Below, piece by piece: positions 53,390 to 63,920 of a stretch of DNA of 64,000 bases. The DNA is taken from positions 106,994 through 170,993 of the forward strand of contig CAWFSD010000012.1 in assembly GCA_963818245.1 (NCBI GenBank). The letters run 5' to 3'. Position numbers and translations under genes: made by a program. Under the pieces are notes generated by a model that was not told the origin of the DNA, ran no database searches, and was given only the letters and a program-made list of their open reading frames with translations. The DNA is from an uncultured Planctomycetota bacterium. Its GTDB lineage: Bacteria > Planctomycetota > UBA11346. Every line of letters starts with the position of its first letter. The first letter of the stretch is position 1.

Positions 53390-56300
53390 TCCGCAACTTC
53401 ATCCTCGCCCTCGGCACCCTGCCGCTGCTGTCCGCGGCGGAGGACATGGCGTGGGTCAACGTCGACCCCGCGCGCGCCCCGACCTTGGCCGCGGCGGCCA
53501 CTGCGCTCGGCCTCGCGCCGCTGGCGGCGAAGGACACCGCGCGGCCGACCCGCGTGCTGCTCTACCAGGCGGAGCAGCAGGGCGTGGCGCTGACCCAGGC
53601 GGTGGTCGCGGCGCTGCGCCGAGCACCTGCGCCAGGGCGGCGCGCTGCTCATCACCCTCGGCGAGCGGCCCGGGCACGAACGCCTACGCGCTGACGCTCG
53701 CTCGCGCCGACCAGCGCCTGGCAGACGCTGATCCCGGGGGCGTCGCGCGGGATCGGCTCCGTGGCGGTCGAGAGCGGCGGCGGCGGACGCGGAGTTCTTC
53801 CCGGAGGCGCCGGCGCTGCGCCTCGAGCACGCCTGGCGGCTGAAGCCGCTGCACGCGGCGGAGCGCGGCGAGACCCGCTACGAGCGCTTCGCGCGCACCC
53901 TGTTCTACGTCGACCGCCAGGCGACAGGCGGGCGAGCCCTTCCTCAGCCGGCCGCTGCTCGACCGCGACTGGCGCGTGCGCCTGCGCAGCGCCGACGACC
54001 GCGGCGACGGGCTGCTCATCACCGGGCGCTACGGTGCGGGCCGCGGTGGCGGTGTACGCGGCCCAGGCCACGACCGGCGACGCGGCGCTGTGGACGGCGA
54101 CGCTGCGCTGGCTCGCGGCGACGCCGCAGGTGGCCGCGACGCGGCGCCGGCGCCGACGGCGGACAGCCTGGCGGCGACCGTGATCGTCGACCGCGCGGCG
54201 CGTGCGCTGCGCGTGCACGCGAGCAACCCCGGTGCGGTCGGCGGTGCGCCTGCCGGTGGTCGCGCGCCTGTCGACCTCGGATGGCGCGCTGCTCGGCGAC
54301 GCCACGGCGCAGCTCGACGCTGCCGGCGCACGGCAGCGGCGAGGCGACGCTGGCGCTGCCCGCCGACGACGAGCTGGCGCCGCAGGCGCTCACCGCGCGC
54401 GACGCCTTCGCGGTGCGCCTCGGCGTGCTCGCGCCGGATGGCGCCATGGTGTGCTGGGAGACCCGCCTCGAGGCCGACCTGACGCCGGCGGTGACCGTGC
54501 AGATCGCGCTCGACGAGTTGCGCCGCGCGCCGCGCAGCTTCCACGCCCCGGGCCCGGAGACCCTCAAGCTGCCCGACCGCGGCGGCCTGGAGGTGGCGGC
54601 CTACGCGGCGGCGCCCGGCCAGGAGCAGCACGCCCTGGTCACCGTCGCGAACGGCGCGTGCGACCTGGCGCTGGCGGCGCAGGTCGCCGATGGCCGTGGC
54701 GACCCGTCCGCCCAGGCGCTGAACGACGGCGCCGCGTCGCAGGCCAAGCCCAGCGATGGCCACACCGGCTGGGGGCAGTGGCAGGGCGTCGAGAAGGAGG
54801 ACCAGACCCTGGTCTTCCGCCTGCCCGCCCCGTCGACCATCACCCAGGTGGAGCTGGTCGGCAACGTCGCGGAGGCCGGCAAGGGCACCACGAACCCCGG
54901 TGCGGTCGAGATCAGCGTCGATGGCAAGGCGGTGGCCTCGCCTGCGGCGACCTCGACCAGCGCTTCGCCGGCACCGGGCGCGCGCTCCTCGAGCTGCCCG
55001 CCGGCACCCTGGGCGCGGAGGTGCGCCTGCGCCTGCCGTGGAGTGCGACCACGCCGGCGCAGGAGAAGCGCCGCGCCCTGCGCCTGGGCGAGGTCGAACT
55101 GTGGGGCTGCGCGGGCGCCGCGCCCGCCGCGCGCCAGGCGGAGGTGCGCCTGCGCCTGGTCGGGCCCGGCGGCGCCGCGCGCGAGCTCGGCGCGCGCACC
55201 CTGGCCGTGCCCGGTGGCGCGCGCGCCAGCGCGAGCGTCGCGTTCACGCCGGACGCGCCCGCCGCCGGCCGGTTCGGCGCCTGGCGCGTGGAAGCGACCA
55301 CGCCAGGACGCTCCGCCCGCCAGCGCGCCGCTGCTGGTGATCGACCCCGCGCACGCGCTGGCGCCGGTCGGCGACCTGCAGGACGCGGGGCACACCGCGG
55401 AGTTCGGCTGCATCGTCACGCGCGGCGTGCGCACCTACCTCGAGCTCGGCACCGGCAGCCGCGAGACCGGCGAGGGCTGGGGCCAGCCCGAGGACCTGGT
55501 GTACTGCTACGCGCACGGCCTCAAGCAGGTCGGCATGAACGCGCGCACCCAGCCCGGGCGGCTCTACCTGAGCGAGAACGACTTCCGCCACTACGCCAAC
55601 CCGTGGACCTGTTACCCCGACGGCGAGCTGTTCTTCAGCCTGGCCGCGCCCAGCCTGGTCGCGCGCAACCGCGGGCAGAAAGCCTGGCAGGACGCCACCG
55701 CGGTGCGCATCTTCAACAGCGACCGCTGGGATACCGGTCCGTCGGTGAACAGCATGTTCACCTGGCCGGAGCTGGTCGAGTTCGACCGCTGGCTGGGCAC
55801 GCAGAAGTCGCCGCGCCTGGCCGGCCGCACGCGCCAGGCGCTGTGCCGCGAGATCGTCGAGCAGCACCTCGGCCAGTTGCGCGCGTGGCAGTTGAGCCGC
55901 TATGCGGCGGACGTCGCCGCGCTGCACGACGCGGTGGCGGGCGCGGGCAAGCGCCTGGTGGTCAGCGGCCAGGGCGTGCCGCTGGTTCCGCTGCGCGCGC
56001 TCGAGCCGCTCGCCGCCACCATCCAGGGCATGAGCGACGACGACACCTGGGGCGGGATGGAGGAGGACCTGGCGATGACCGCCGGCCGGCAGATGGCGCT
56101 CAAGGCGCTGAACCCGTCGTGGCGCATGAACAGCAACCTGGTGTGGGGCTACGACACCTGCGTCTTCGACGACCCGCACTGGCACGTGCCGGTCGGCGTC
56201 ACCGAGACCAGCCGCCGCCACCTCGCCACGCGCGCCTGGCGCGGCAGCATCGGCAACGATGGCGTCTACCGCTCGATGCACACCTTCGGCTACGGCATGA

Positions 56301-57136
56301 ACGCCGGCATCTCGCTGCTCGCCACCGCCAATGACTGGCAGCAGGGCTGGAACGCCGCCGAGCGCGAGAGCCTGATCGCGCCCGACGGGCCGATCGGCGT
56401 GGGCGTGGCGGTGTCGACGGCGCTGCTCGACGATCCGCAGCACCCCGATTTCAGCGGCGGCGGCATGGGCGGCAGCGCCGCCGACGGGTACGTCGATGGC
56501 GTGGCGCGGGTGATCGGGCGGCTGCACCACGCGCAGGTCAGCGTGCCCTTCGCCGCCAACGTCGCGTCCCTGGCGCGCTGGACCGGCGCGGCGCCGCTGA
56601 TCTGCCTCGACATCGCCGGCTGGCTGCCCGTAGAGCGCGCCCAGCTCGCCGCCTGGGCGGGGCGCGGAGTGCCGCTGATCTGCTTCGCCGGCGCCGCGCC
56701 CCTGCCCGACGACCTCGCGGCGCTGTTCAGCGCAGCCGCGGTCGCGAGCGGGAAGGTCGGTGCGGCCACGGTGCGGATCGCCGGCAACCGCGTCCTGATC
56801 GAGGGCGGCTACGCGCAGCTCGACGGGCCCGCCGCGGTGCGCCTCGCCGCCGTGCTGCAGCGCCTCGGCCTGCTGCCGATCACCTACCCGCCCGGCACCG
56901 CCGGGTACGGCTTCACCTGCGGCGGCGTGCGCTGCGTCGCCATCGAGGACTGGGCGGAGCAGCCGCGCCGGGTCGAGCTGCGACTGCGCGCGGTCGCCGG
57001 CGGCGCGCGCGCCACCGCCACCGGACTGAACGAGCACCGCGACTACGCGGTGCGCCGCGACGGCGCGGACTGGGTGATCACCGTGCCGCTGCGCGCGGGC
57101 GATGGCGAACTGATCGCCGTGGAGGAATTGCCGTGA
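53386..57136 (+). pseudogene. Very large (~1250 aa) secreted protein with a discoidin/F5-8-type-C-like domain, with 10 or more frame breaks between 53620 and 55320
   Basis: ATG at 53386 overlaps the regulator stop (ATGA). The signal peptide is 'MIRNFILALGTLPLLSAAED'. The central segment 'DGHTGWGQWQGVEKEDQTLVFRLPAPSTITQVELVGN' is discoidin-like. The 3' 1.8 kb (ORF 54281..57136 from about 55320) is intact, and I recognise no catalytic family. Confidence 0.55.
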
Positions 57137-58185
57137 ATCCCACCCTGATCTCCGGCTGGCTGGTGCTCGCCGCGCTGGTCGCCGCCCCCGCCGCCAGCGC
57201 CGCCGAGCACCCGGTCCTGATCGTCGCCTGCGCCGCGGACGCGCCGGCGGCGGTGCGCGCCAGCGCAGAGCGCGTGCGCGCCGCGGCGGCGACCCAGCCG
57301 CTGCTGCAGGTGTGCGCCGCCGGGCGGCCACCGGCCACGCTGGCGGACGCGCGCGCGCTCGCCGCGGGCAGGCGCGAGGCGCTCGCCTACGCGCACGTGG
57401 TGGTGGTCGGCCTCGCCGACGATCCGCTGGTCGCGCAGGCCTGGCAGCACGAGGCCGCGATCACGTCCCAGGGCCTCTACGCCTTCGGCTTCGGCGCGCT
57501 GGCCGGCGACCTCGGCTGGGTCGAGGCCGGGCCGAATCCGTGGCTGCACAGCCCGACGGTGGGGCGGCTGCCCTTCGAGGCGCAGGCGGTGGTGGTCACC
57601 GGTACCACGCCGGCCGGTGTGGACCTGGCGGTGACCGCCTTCATCGACCACGGGCTGGTCAACGGCGTGGTCGCCAGGGACGGCTGGAAGCGCACCTCGA
57701 CCACCGTGCTCGACCAGGATCCGTTGACCGGCGCTCCGGGCCTGCCGGCGTGGCTGGGGCCGCGCGCCGGCGACTGGACGCGCATCGCCGTGACCCAGTG
57801 CGGCGCGGACGTGGCGCGCGGCGTCCTCGCTGACAGCGGCGGCGAACCGCAGGCGTGCTGGCTGGTGAAGTACCACCGCGCGGGCTGCTGGGACGAGGCG
57901 GGCGCGCCAGCGGCGCGGCGCATGTACCTGGCTGGCCTGCACCGGCGCGCCTACGGCGACGCGCTGCTGCTCGCGCGCTTCGCCACGCCGCAGGCCGCGC
58001 AGGCCGCGACCACGGCGGTGGCGAAGGCCGACCAGCTGCGCGAGGAGCACGGCCGCTGGAGCGGGCGGCTCGCGGCGCTGGATGGCGATGCGTCCGCGCC
58101 TGGACCGCTGGCGGTGTGGGCAGAGGACGGGTGGCTGGTGATGAGTTCGCTGCCCGAGGCGGTGAGCGCGACGCTCGGGCGTTGA
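57133..58185 (+). CDS. Secreted hypothetical protein
   Basis: GTG at 57133 overlaps the preceding stop. The signal peptide is 'MNPTLISGWLVLAALVAAPAASAAE'. GC3 periodicity is clean and I recognise no family. Confidence 0.5.
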   Translation: MNPTLISGWLVLAALVAAPAASAAEHPVLIVACAADAPAAVRASAERVRAAAATQPLLQVCAAGRPPATLADARALAAGRREALAYAHVVVVGLADDPLVAQAWQHEAAITSQGLYAFGFGALAGDLGWVEAGPNPWLHSPTVGRLPFEAQAVVVTGTTPAGVDLAVTAFIDHGLVNGVVARDGWKRTSTTVLDQDPLTGAPGLPAWLGPRAGDWTRIAVTQCGADVARGVLADSGGEPQACWLVKYHRAGCWDEAGAPAARRMYLAGLHRRAYGDALLLARFATPQAAQAATTAVAKADQLREEHGRWSGRLAALDGDASAPGPLAVWAEDGWLVMSSLPEAVSATLGR

Positions 58186-58213
58186 CGCGCCGCCGGACGG
58201 CACCGCGGGCGAC

Positions 58214-58330
58214 TTGGCGGCGATGCGCGACCGCGTCACCGCCCTCGCCTCCACCCCGGACGCCAGCCGCCTGGTCAGTGCCGGTCCCGACGGCCAGCCG
58301 CTCGTCCGGGAGGTCGTGAGCGGCCGGCTC
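58214..58330 (+). pseudogene. Relic of a single WD40 repeat
   Basis: ORF 58214..58465 reads 'RVTALASTPDASRLVSAGPDGQPLVREVVSGRLLSTL'. This follows the WD40 pattern (V.alA.spDg..l.SaG.DG....W.v.sG.ll.tL) but with the Trp lost and no neighbouring blades. Confidence 0.3.
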
Positions 58331-58483
58331 CTGAGCACGTTGCGCTGCCCGTTTACCCCGCTGGCGAGCAGCAGCGCTGGGAAGCGATCGATGACTCGTG
58401 GGCCGCACGACGACGGTCGATGGATGGTGAGGGTCGCAGCGGAACCGCATTGTTTCAGGACATAATGGTCCCATTATCCACAT

Positions 58484-59866
58484 ATGCCCGGGCCGTCGTT
58501 GTGCCGCGGTCTCATGGTCGTGCTGGTCTCCGTGGGCGCCACGCTCGCCGCTGCCCAGGACCTGCCCGCCGCGCGTCCGCTCACTCCGCCCTACCTCGAC
58601 ATGCCCGAGGACGCCGATGGAATGATGCCCGCGCTGCTCTCGCAGACCGGGGCCTTCGCGCCCGGTGCCGCGGGCGGGCCGCCGGTGCCGGTGGCGGCGC
58701 TCATCCCCTACGAGGTGAACACGCCGCTGTGGACCGACGGCGCGCGCAAGCAGCGCTGGATCGCCGTGCCGCAGCAGCCCGCGGGCGATGACGCGCTGGA
58801 GGTCGAGGAGCGCATCGGCTTCGCCGCCACCGGCACCTGGTACTTTCCGCGCGGCACGGTGCTGGCGCAGGAGTTCGCGCTGCCCCGCGACGAGCGCGCG
58901 CCGGGCCTGCGCCGGCTCGAGACGCGGCTGCTGGTGTGCTCGTCCGCGGGCCACGTCTACGGCGTCACCTACCGCTGGCGCGCCGACGGCAGCGATGCGG
59001 AGCTGTGCGACGCGGCGGGCGCGGACGAGGACGTCGCCGTCGTCACGCGCAGCGGCGGGACGCGCACGCAGCGCTGGCGCTACCCGAGCCGCGCCGAGTG
59101 CCTGATCTGCCACAACCCGGTGGCCGGCGGGGTGCTCGGCGTCTCGACGCGCCAGCTCAACCGGCCGGTGCCCGGACCGGGCGGCGCGGCCGTGCCGCAG
59201 CTCGCCGCCTGGGGCGCGCTCGGGCTGTTCCGCGGCCCGTTCGCGACGGACGCGGTCGCCACCTACCCGCGCCTCGCCGCGCTCGACGACGCCGGCGCCA
59301 GCGTCGAGGAGCGCGTGCGCTCGTACCTGGACGCCAACTGCAGCCACTGCCACCGGCCCGGGGTGATGGCCTTCCAGAGCTACGACGCGCGCTACGAGAC
59401 GCCGCTGGAGCAGCAGAACCTGATCCAGGGCCACGTCCTGACCGATTACGGCATCGAGCGCCCGCGCTACATCAAGCCGCGCGACCCGTGGCGTTCGATG
59501 GTGCTGGTGCGCCAGGAGCGCACCGACCTGCTGCGCATGCCGCCGTTCGGCCGCACCCTGGTCGACGGGCCGGCGATGGCGCTGCTGCGCGCGTGGATCG
59601 ATGGCCTGCCCGGCGCGCCGGCGCTGGCGCCGCCCGAGATCGAACCGGCGGGCGGGCGCCTGCCGGCGCCCATCACCGTGCGCGCGCACCACGCCGATCC
59701 GGCGGCTGAGCTGCACTTCACCCTGGACGGCAGCGCTCCGGACGAGGACTCGCCGCGCTGGACGGGCCCGCTGCTCATCGAGCGCGCCACCGTGCTGCGC
59801 GTCAAGGCCTACCGCCCGGGCTGGTCGGGAAGCCTGCCGGTGGTCGCGGAATTCACCGTCCGCTGA
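58484..59866 (+). CDS. Secreted protein with two CxxCH motifs and a C-terminal chitobiase/hexosaminidase-C-like domain
   Basis: ORF 58484..59866 has a signal peptide, 'CLICHN' (from 59098) and 'CSHCH' (from 59339). The C-terminal 'ELHFTLDGSAPDEDSPRWTGPLLIERATVLRVKAYRPG' resembles that accessory domain. Confidence 0.65.
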   Translation: MPGPSLCRGLMVVLVSVGATLAAAQDLPAARPLTPPYLDMPEDADGMMPALLSQTGAFAPGAAGGPPVPVAALIPYEVNTPLWTDGARKQRWIAVPQQPAGDDALEVEERIGFAATGTWYFPRGTVLAQEFALPRDERAPGLRRLETRLLVCSSAGHVYGVTYRWRADGSDAELCDAAGADEDVAVVTRSGGTRTQRWRYPSRAECLICHNPVAGGVLGVSTRQLNRPVPGPGGAAVPQLAAWGALGLFRGPFATDAVATYPRLAALDDAGASVEERVRSYLDANCSHCHRPGVMAFQSYDARYETPLEQQNLIQGHVLTDYGIERPRYIKPRDPWRSMVLVRQERTDLLRMPPFGRTLVDGPAMALLRAWIDGLPGAPALAPPEIEPAGGRLPAPITVRAHHADPAAELHFTLDGSAPDEDSPRWTGPLLIERATVLRVKAYRPGWSGSLPVVAEFTVR

Positions 59867-59917
59867 GCGGCGCGGTCGTGGGCTTCCGGCGGCGCGGGCA
59901 CGGCCTAGGCTGCGCGC

Positions 59918-62384
59918 ATGCTCCAGCCCGGCACCGTCCTCGGCGGCATCCGCATCGACGCCCTGCTCGGCAAGGGCGCGATGGGCGAGGTCTACCGCGG
60001 ACTGCAGCTGTCGCTCAAGCGGCCGGTGGCGGTCAAGCGCGTGGCCGAGCACCTGCTCGGCGACGAGCAGGCGGTGGCGCGCTTCGCGCGCGAGGCGCAG
60101 TGCGTGGCGCGCGTGCAGAGCCCGCACGTGGTCGGCGTGCACGATTTCGGGCGCTTCCGCGACGCCGCCGGCGCGGAGCACCTGCTGCTGGTCATGGAGC
60201 TGGTCGACGGCGGCGCCAGCCTGCGCGCGCTGCTCGCCGGGCGGCGGCGCGCGGCGCTGGACTGGCGCACCGCGACGGCCTTCGTCCTGCACGTCGCGGA
60301 GGGCCTGGCGGCGGCGGCCGAGTTCGGCGTGGTGCACCGCGACATCAAGCCCGACAACATCATGATCACGCGGAGGGGCGTGGCCAAGCTCGCCGACTTC
60401 GGCCTGGCGCGCGCGGTCGACTCGTCGGCGATGACCATGGAGGGCGCGGTGCTCGGCACGCCGCTCTACCTCTCGCCCGAGGCCTGCCGCGGCCTGCCGG
60501 TGGACGCGCGCGGCGACCTCTACTCGCTCGGTTGCACCTGGTTCCACCTGCTGGCCGGCGGTCCGCCCTTCCAGGCCTCGACCACCATCGCGCTGCTGCG
60601 CGCGCACCTCGATGACCCGCCACCGCCGCTGCGCAACCTGGCGCCGGAGGTGCCGGAGGCGGTCGCGAGCCTGGTCATGCGCCTGATGGCCAAGGATCCC
60701 GGCGCGGCGCTTGCCCAGCGCCCAGGCCCTGGTGGAGGCGCTGCACGGCCTGGCGGCGCAGGGGCTGGTCGTCCCGCGCAGCGCGCCGGAGGTCTTCGGC
60801 GACGAGCCGGCGACCACCGCCACGCACCTCGCGCCCGCGTCCGGCCATGACACCGCGCACACCCTCGCCAGCGGGCAGGCGGCGCTTCCCGGCAGCGGCG
60901 CCGCCACCGTGCCGACGGTGCTGGCGGCGACCGTGCCGACCGCGGCGGCCGCGCGCCCGACCGGCGACGACGGTGCGGTCACCGCGACGCTGGGTCCGCC
61001 AGTGACGCCCGTGGGACCGGCAGCCGCCGCGTCGGGCGCCGCGCCGGTGCAGCCCGTCCGCCCGCGTCGGCTGGCGCTCGCGGCGACCGCCGCCGTCCTG
61101 GCGCTGGCGGCCGGCACGGCGCTGGTCGTGCGCGCCGCGTCCCGCGATGCGGTCGCCGAAGCGCTCGCCGCGCATGACTGGACACTGGCGGAGCAGCGCG
61201 CCGAGGCGCGCCTGGCCGCCCACCCCGACGATGCCGCGGCGGTCGCGCAGTTCCGCCAGGCGGTGCATGGCGAGGCCCTGGAGCTGGCCGGCGGCGGCCG
61301 CCACGACGATGCGCTGGCGCGGCTCGCGCGGCAGCGCGGCGCGCGCCCGTGGCTCGACACCGCGACCTGGGAGCGCGAGGTGCGCATCGCCAAGGCCGCG
61401 CACCTGGTCGCGCACCAGCACCCCGAGCAGGGTGGGAAGCTGTTCGTGGCCCTGCGCGAGGAAGCCCCCGACGACCCCGACATCTGCCGCGCCATGCTCG
61501 CCGCCTTCGCCGGGCGCGACGACGCGCCCGAAAGCCTGGTCGGCGCCGCGATGGTGGTGGCGCGTCAAGGCGGTGGAGCGCTGCCGGCCGACGCGCTGCA
61601 GGTGCTGACCGCGGCGCTCGCCCGCGAAGGCCCCTTCGGCGAGGGCATCGAGAGCCTGCGCGCGCTGCTGCTCGCCCGCGCGCCAGGGATCGCCGCGACC
61701 GTGCAGCCGTGGCTCGACGGAGATGACTACACGCGCCGCTTCAACGCCTTCGCGCTGCTCGAGAAGGCGGGTGCGCTCGGCGATGGGGACCGCCTGCGCT
61801 TCCACCTGGTGACGCTGCTGTCCTATTCATCCAGCTACACCGTGACCAGCGAGGCCGCGACCTGGCTCGAAACCGAATCCGCCAAGCCGGGCTGGGCCGA
61901 GCGCAAGGCCGCCGCGCACCTGCCGGCGATCAGCGCGGCGCAGGCGCTGCGCAGCGGCGACGCGCTCGCCGACCGCGTGGTCGCGCTGCTCGCCAGCGCC
62001 TTCGGCGAGGAGTCCGCCGTCGCGGCCCTCGCGTGGTGCGCCGACACCGACCAGGAACTGCGCTGGAACGGCTACCGCATCCTCGCCGCCGGCCACCGCC
62101 TGGAGCGCCTCGACGTGCCCGCCTTCCACGCCGCGACGCTCACCACCTTCGATCCGCTCTTCTCCACGCCCGCGTTCCTCGCGGCGGTGACCTGGTGCAC
62201 GGGCCAGCGCGGCGCGCCGGGCGCGGCGGCAGCGCGCCAGGCGCTCGCCGCCGGCGCGCAGCACATCGGCAAGGAGGTCGACCTCTACGAAAAATCCGAG
62301 GCCCGCTTCATGAAGCAGCGCGCCGCCGGCTGCCGCGAGCAGCTCGCGCGCGTGACGGCGGCGCAGGCCGAGCTGGGGCGGTGA
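59918..62384 (+). pseudogene. Hanks-type Ser/Thr protein kinase with a TM segment and a helical-repeat ectodomain, with one frame break near 60703
   Basis: Kinase motifs are 'GKGAMGEVY', 'VAVKR', 'HRDIKPDNIM', 'DFGLAR' and 'GTPLYLSPE' (ORF 59918..60850). The text continues as 'RLPSAQALVEALHGL' in ORF 60711..62384. The TM segment is 'LALAATAAVLALAAGTALVV', followed by Ala/Leu-rich helical repeats. Confidence 0.88.
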
Positions 62385-62390
62385 CGGGCG

Positions 62391-63291
62391 TCACGGCGCG
62401 TCGTGGACGAAGCACCAGTGCAGGAAGCGCTCCAGCCAGCCGCGCCTCCGGTCGGGTGCGAGCACGGCGCGGAGCAGGCCTGCGCGATCCGCGCCGATGA
62501 GGCCGAGCAGGGCGCCGTCCTGGTCCTTCCAAGCGGCGCGGCCGAGGTCGCGCGCGGCGCGCAACCGCTGCGGGGCGGCGCGTCCAGTGGTAGCCCAGCA
62601 GCTGCGCGAGGCGGTAGGCGTGCTCGGAGGAGGCGGGGTCGCGGAAGGCCGCGCCCGACCAGAACGGGCCCGCCGGATGCTCGCGCCAGTACGTGAGGGT
62701 CGCGCGCCAGTTGTAGGGATCGGCGAGCGGCGGCGCGCGGTTGCCCATGCGCGTCTCGAGCTCGGTGGCGATGCCCTCCTGCAGCCAGGTCGGCACGCCG
62801 CTGCCGCTCAGCACGGCGTGCACCAGCTCGTGGCCGAAGGCCGCGTCGAGCGCCTCCCGGCCGGTCACCGGGACCGCCAGGTGCCCGACCGGGAAGGAGC
62901 GCCAGCAGCCGCCGCTGATGATCGACGCACCGCTGCCGCCGAACAGGCCCTCGTAGGCGAGCTGGTCGTCGGTGGACGCGAACAGGATGGCCGGCCAGCC
63001 GCCGGGTGGCGGCTCCGGTTCGAGTCCCGGGATCACCTCGGGCAGGCGCAGCAGCGCGTGCCGGGCGTGCGCAGCGAGGCGCTCGTGGTCGGCGCCGAAC
63101 GGCGTCAGCCAGTGGAAGGCGCGGTCCGGCACGAGAGCGTACGGCGCGCCGAGCGCGCCGGCGACGTCAGCCAGGAAGCGCGCGGGGGTGATCGTCTCCG
63201 CGAGTGATCCAGCCGCGGTCCAGGTAGGCGCCGCCGGCTCGGACGCCGTGGGCGGGTCGGCGGGTGGTTGGCCGTCAGATGCGTCCGTCAT
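62391..63291 (-). pseudogene. Peptidase-MA-like (HExxH...EG) protein, with one frame break near 62575
   Basis: ATG at 63291 lies inside ORF 62308..63561. The zincin-like motif is 'HELVHAVLSGSGVPTWLQEGIATELE'. After 'LLGYHW' the sensible text continues in another frame ('APQRLRAARDLGRAAWKDQDGALLGLIG...FLHWCFVHDAP'), with the stop at 62391-62393. Confidence 0.6.
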
Positions 63292-63314
63292 GGGAAAGCT
63301 CCGGTGCGGCCTCG

Positions 63315-63920
63315 TCACGATCGCGCGATCAGTCGGCGGCGCCAGTGGTCGAACGCGGGGCTGGTCGAATCCCACGCCGCCCACAGCGCGATGCCGTTGC
63401 GGCGCAGGCAGTCCAGCCAGGCGGTGCGCTCCTTGGCGCGCACGGTCTTCAGCAGGCACTGGATCTTCTCGTCGTCGCTCAGCGCGCGCGGCTGGCTGCG
63501 CAGCGGCATGCCGGCCTCGTGCGGAGTGCGCGCGTCCTTGCGCGCGTTGCAGGCGCGGCACGCGGCCACGACGTTGCCGAGGGTGTCGGCGCCGCCGCGG
63601 CTGCGCGGCACGACGTGGTCGCGGGTGCCGGTGGCCATGGACAGGCGCGCGCCGCAGTACTGGCAGGCGAAACCGTCGCGCACGAACACCGCCTTGCGCG
63701 TCGGGGCATCGAACAGGCGGCGGCGGCGCTGGGTGCGCACCTGGTGGCGCATCACCACCACGGCCGGCAGCTGGAAGCTGGCGTGGGCGCTGCGCACGGT
63801 GTCCGGGTAGTGCTCGATGGGCACGGCCTTGCCGGCCAGGACCAGGGTCAGCGCGTCGATCCAGCGCTCGGCGACGGCGAGGTACTCAAAGCTGGCGTTC
63901 AGCACCAGGCAGCGGGTCAT
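63315..63920 (-). CDS. HNH endonuclease family protein
   Basis: ATG at 63920 lies inside ORF 63315..63962. The zinc-ribbon plus HNH core is 'CQYCG...TRDHVVPRSRGGADTLGNVVAACRACNARK'. Confidence 0.8.
   Translation of the reverse strand: MTRCLVLNASFEYLAVAERWIDALTLVLAGKAVPIEHYPDTVRSAHASFQLPAVVVMRHQVRTQRRRRLFDAPTRKAVFVRDGFACQYCGARLSMATGTRDHVVPRSRGGADTLGNVVAACRACNARKDARTPHEAGMPLRSQPRALSDDEKIQCLLKTVRAKERTAWLDCLRRNGIALWAAWDSTSPAFDHWRRRLIARS

Noticed and set aside
58474-58482. A perfect DnaA box, TTATCCACA, abutting the start codon of the two-CxxCH gene, considered as a possible oriC.
   Set aside because: It is a single box with no cluster of further boxes and no AT-rich unwinding element. dnaA is not adjacent. 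Chance occurrence or a local regulatory site is more likely than an origin.
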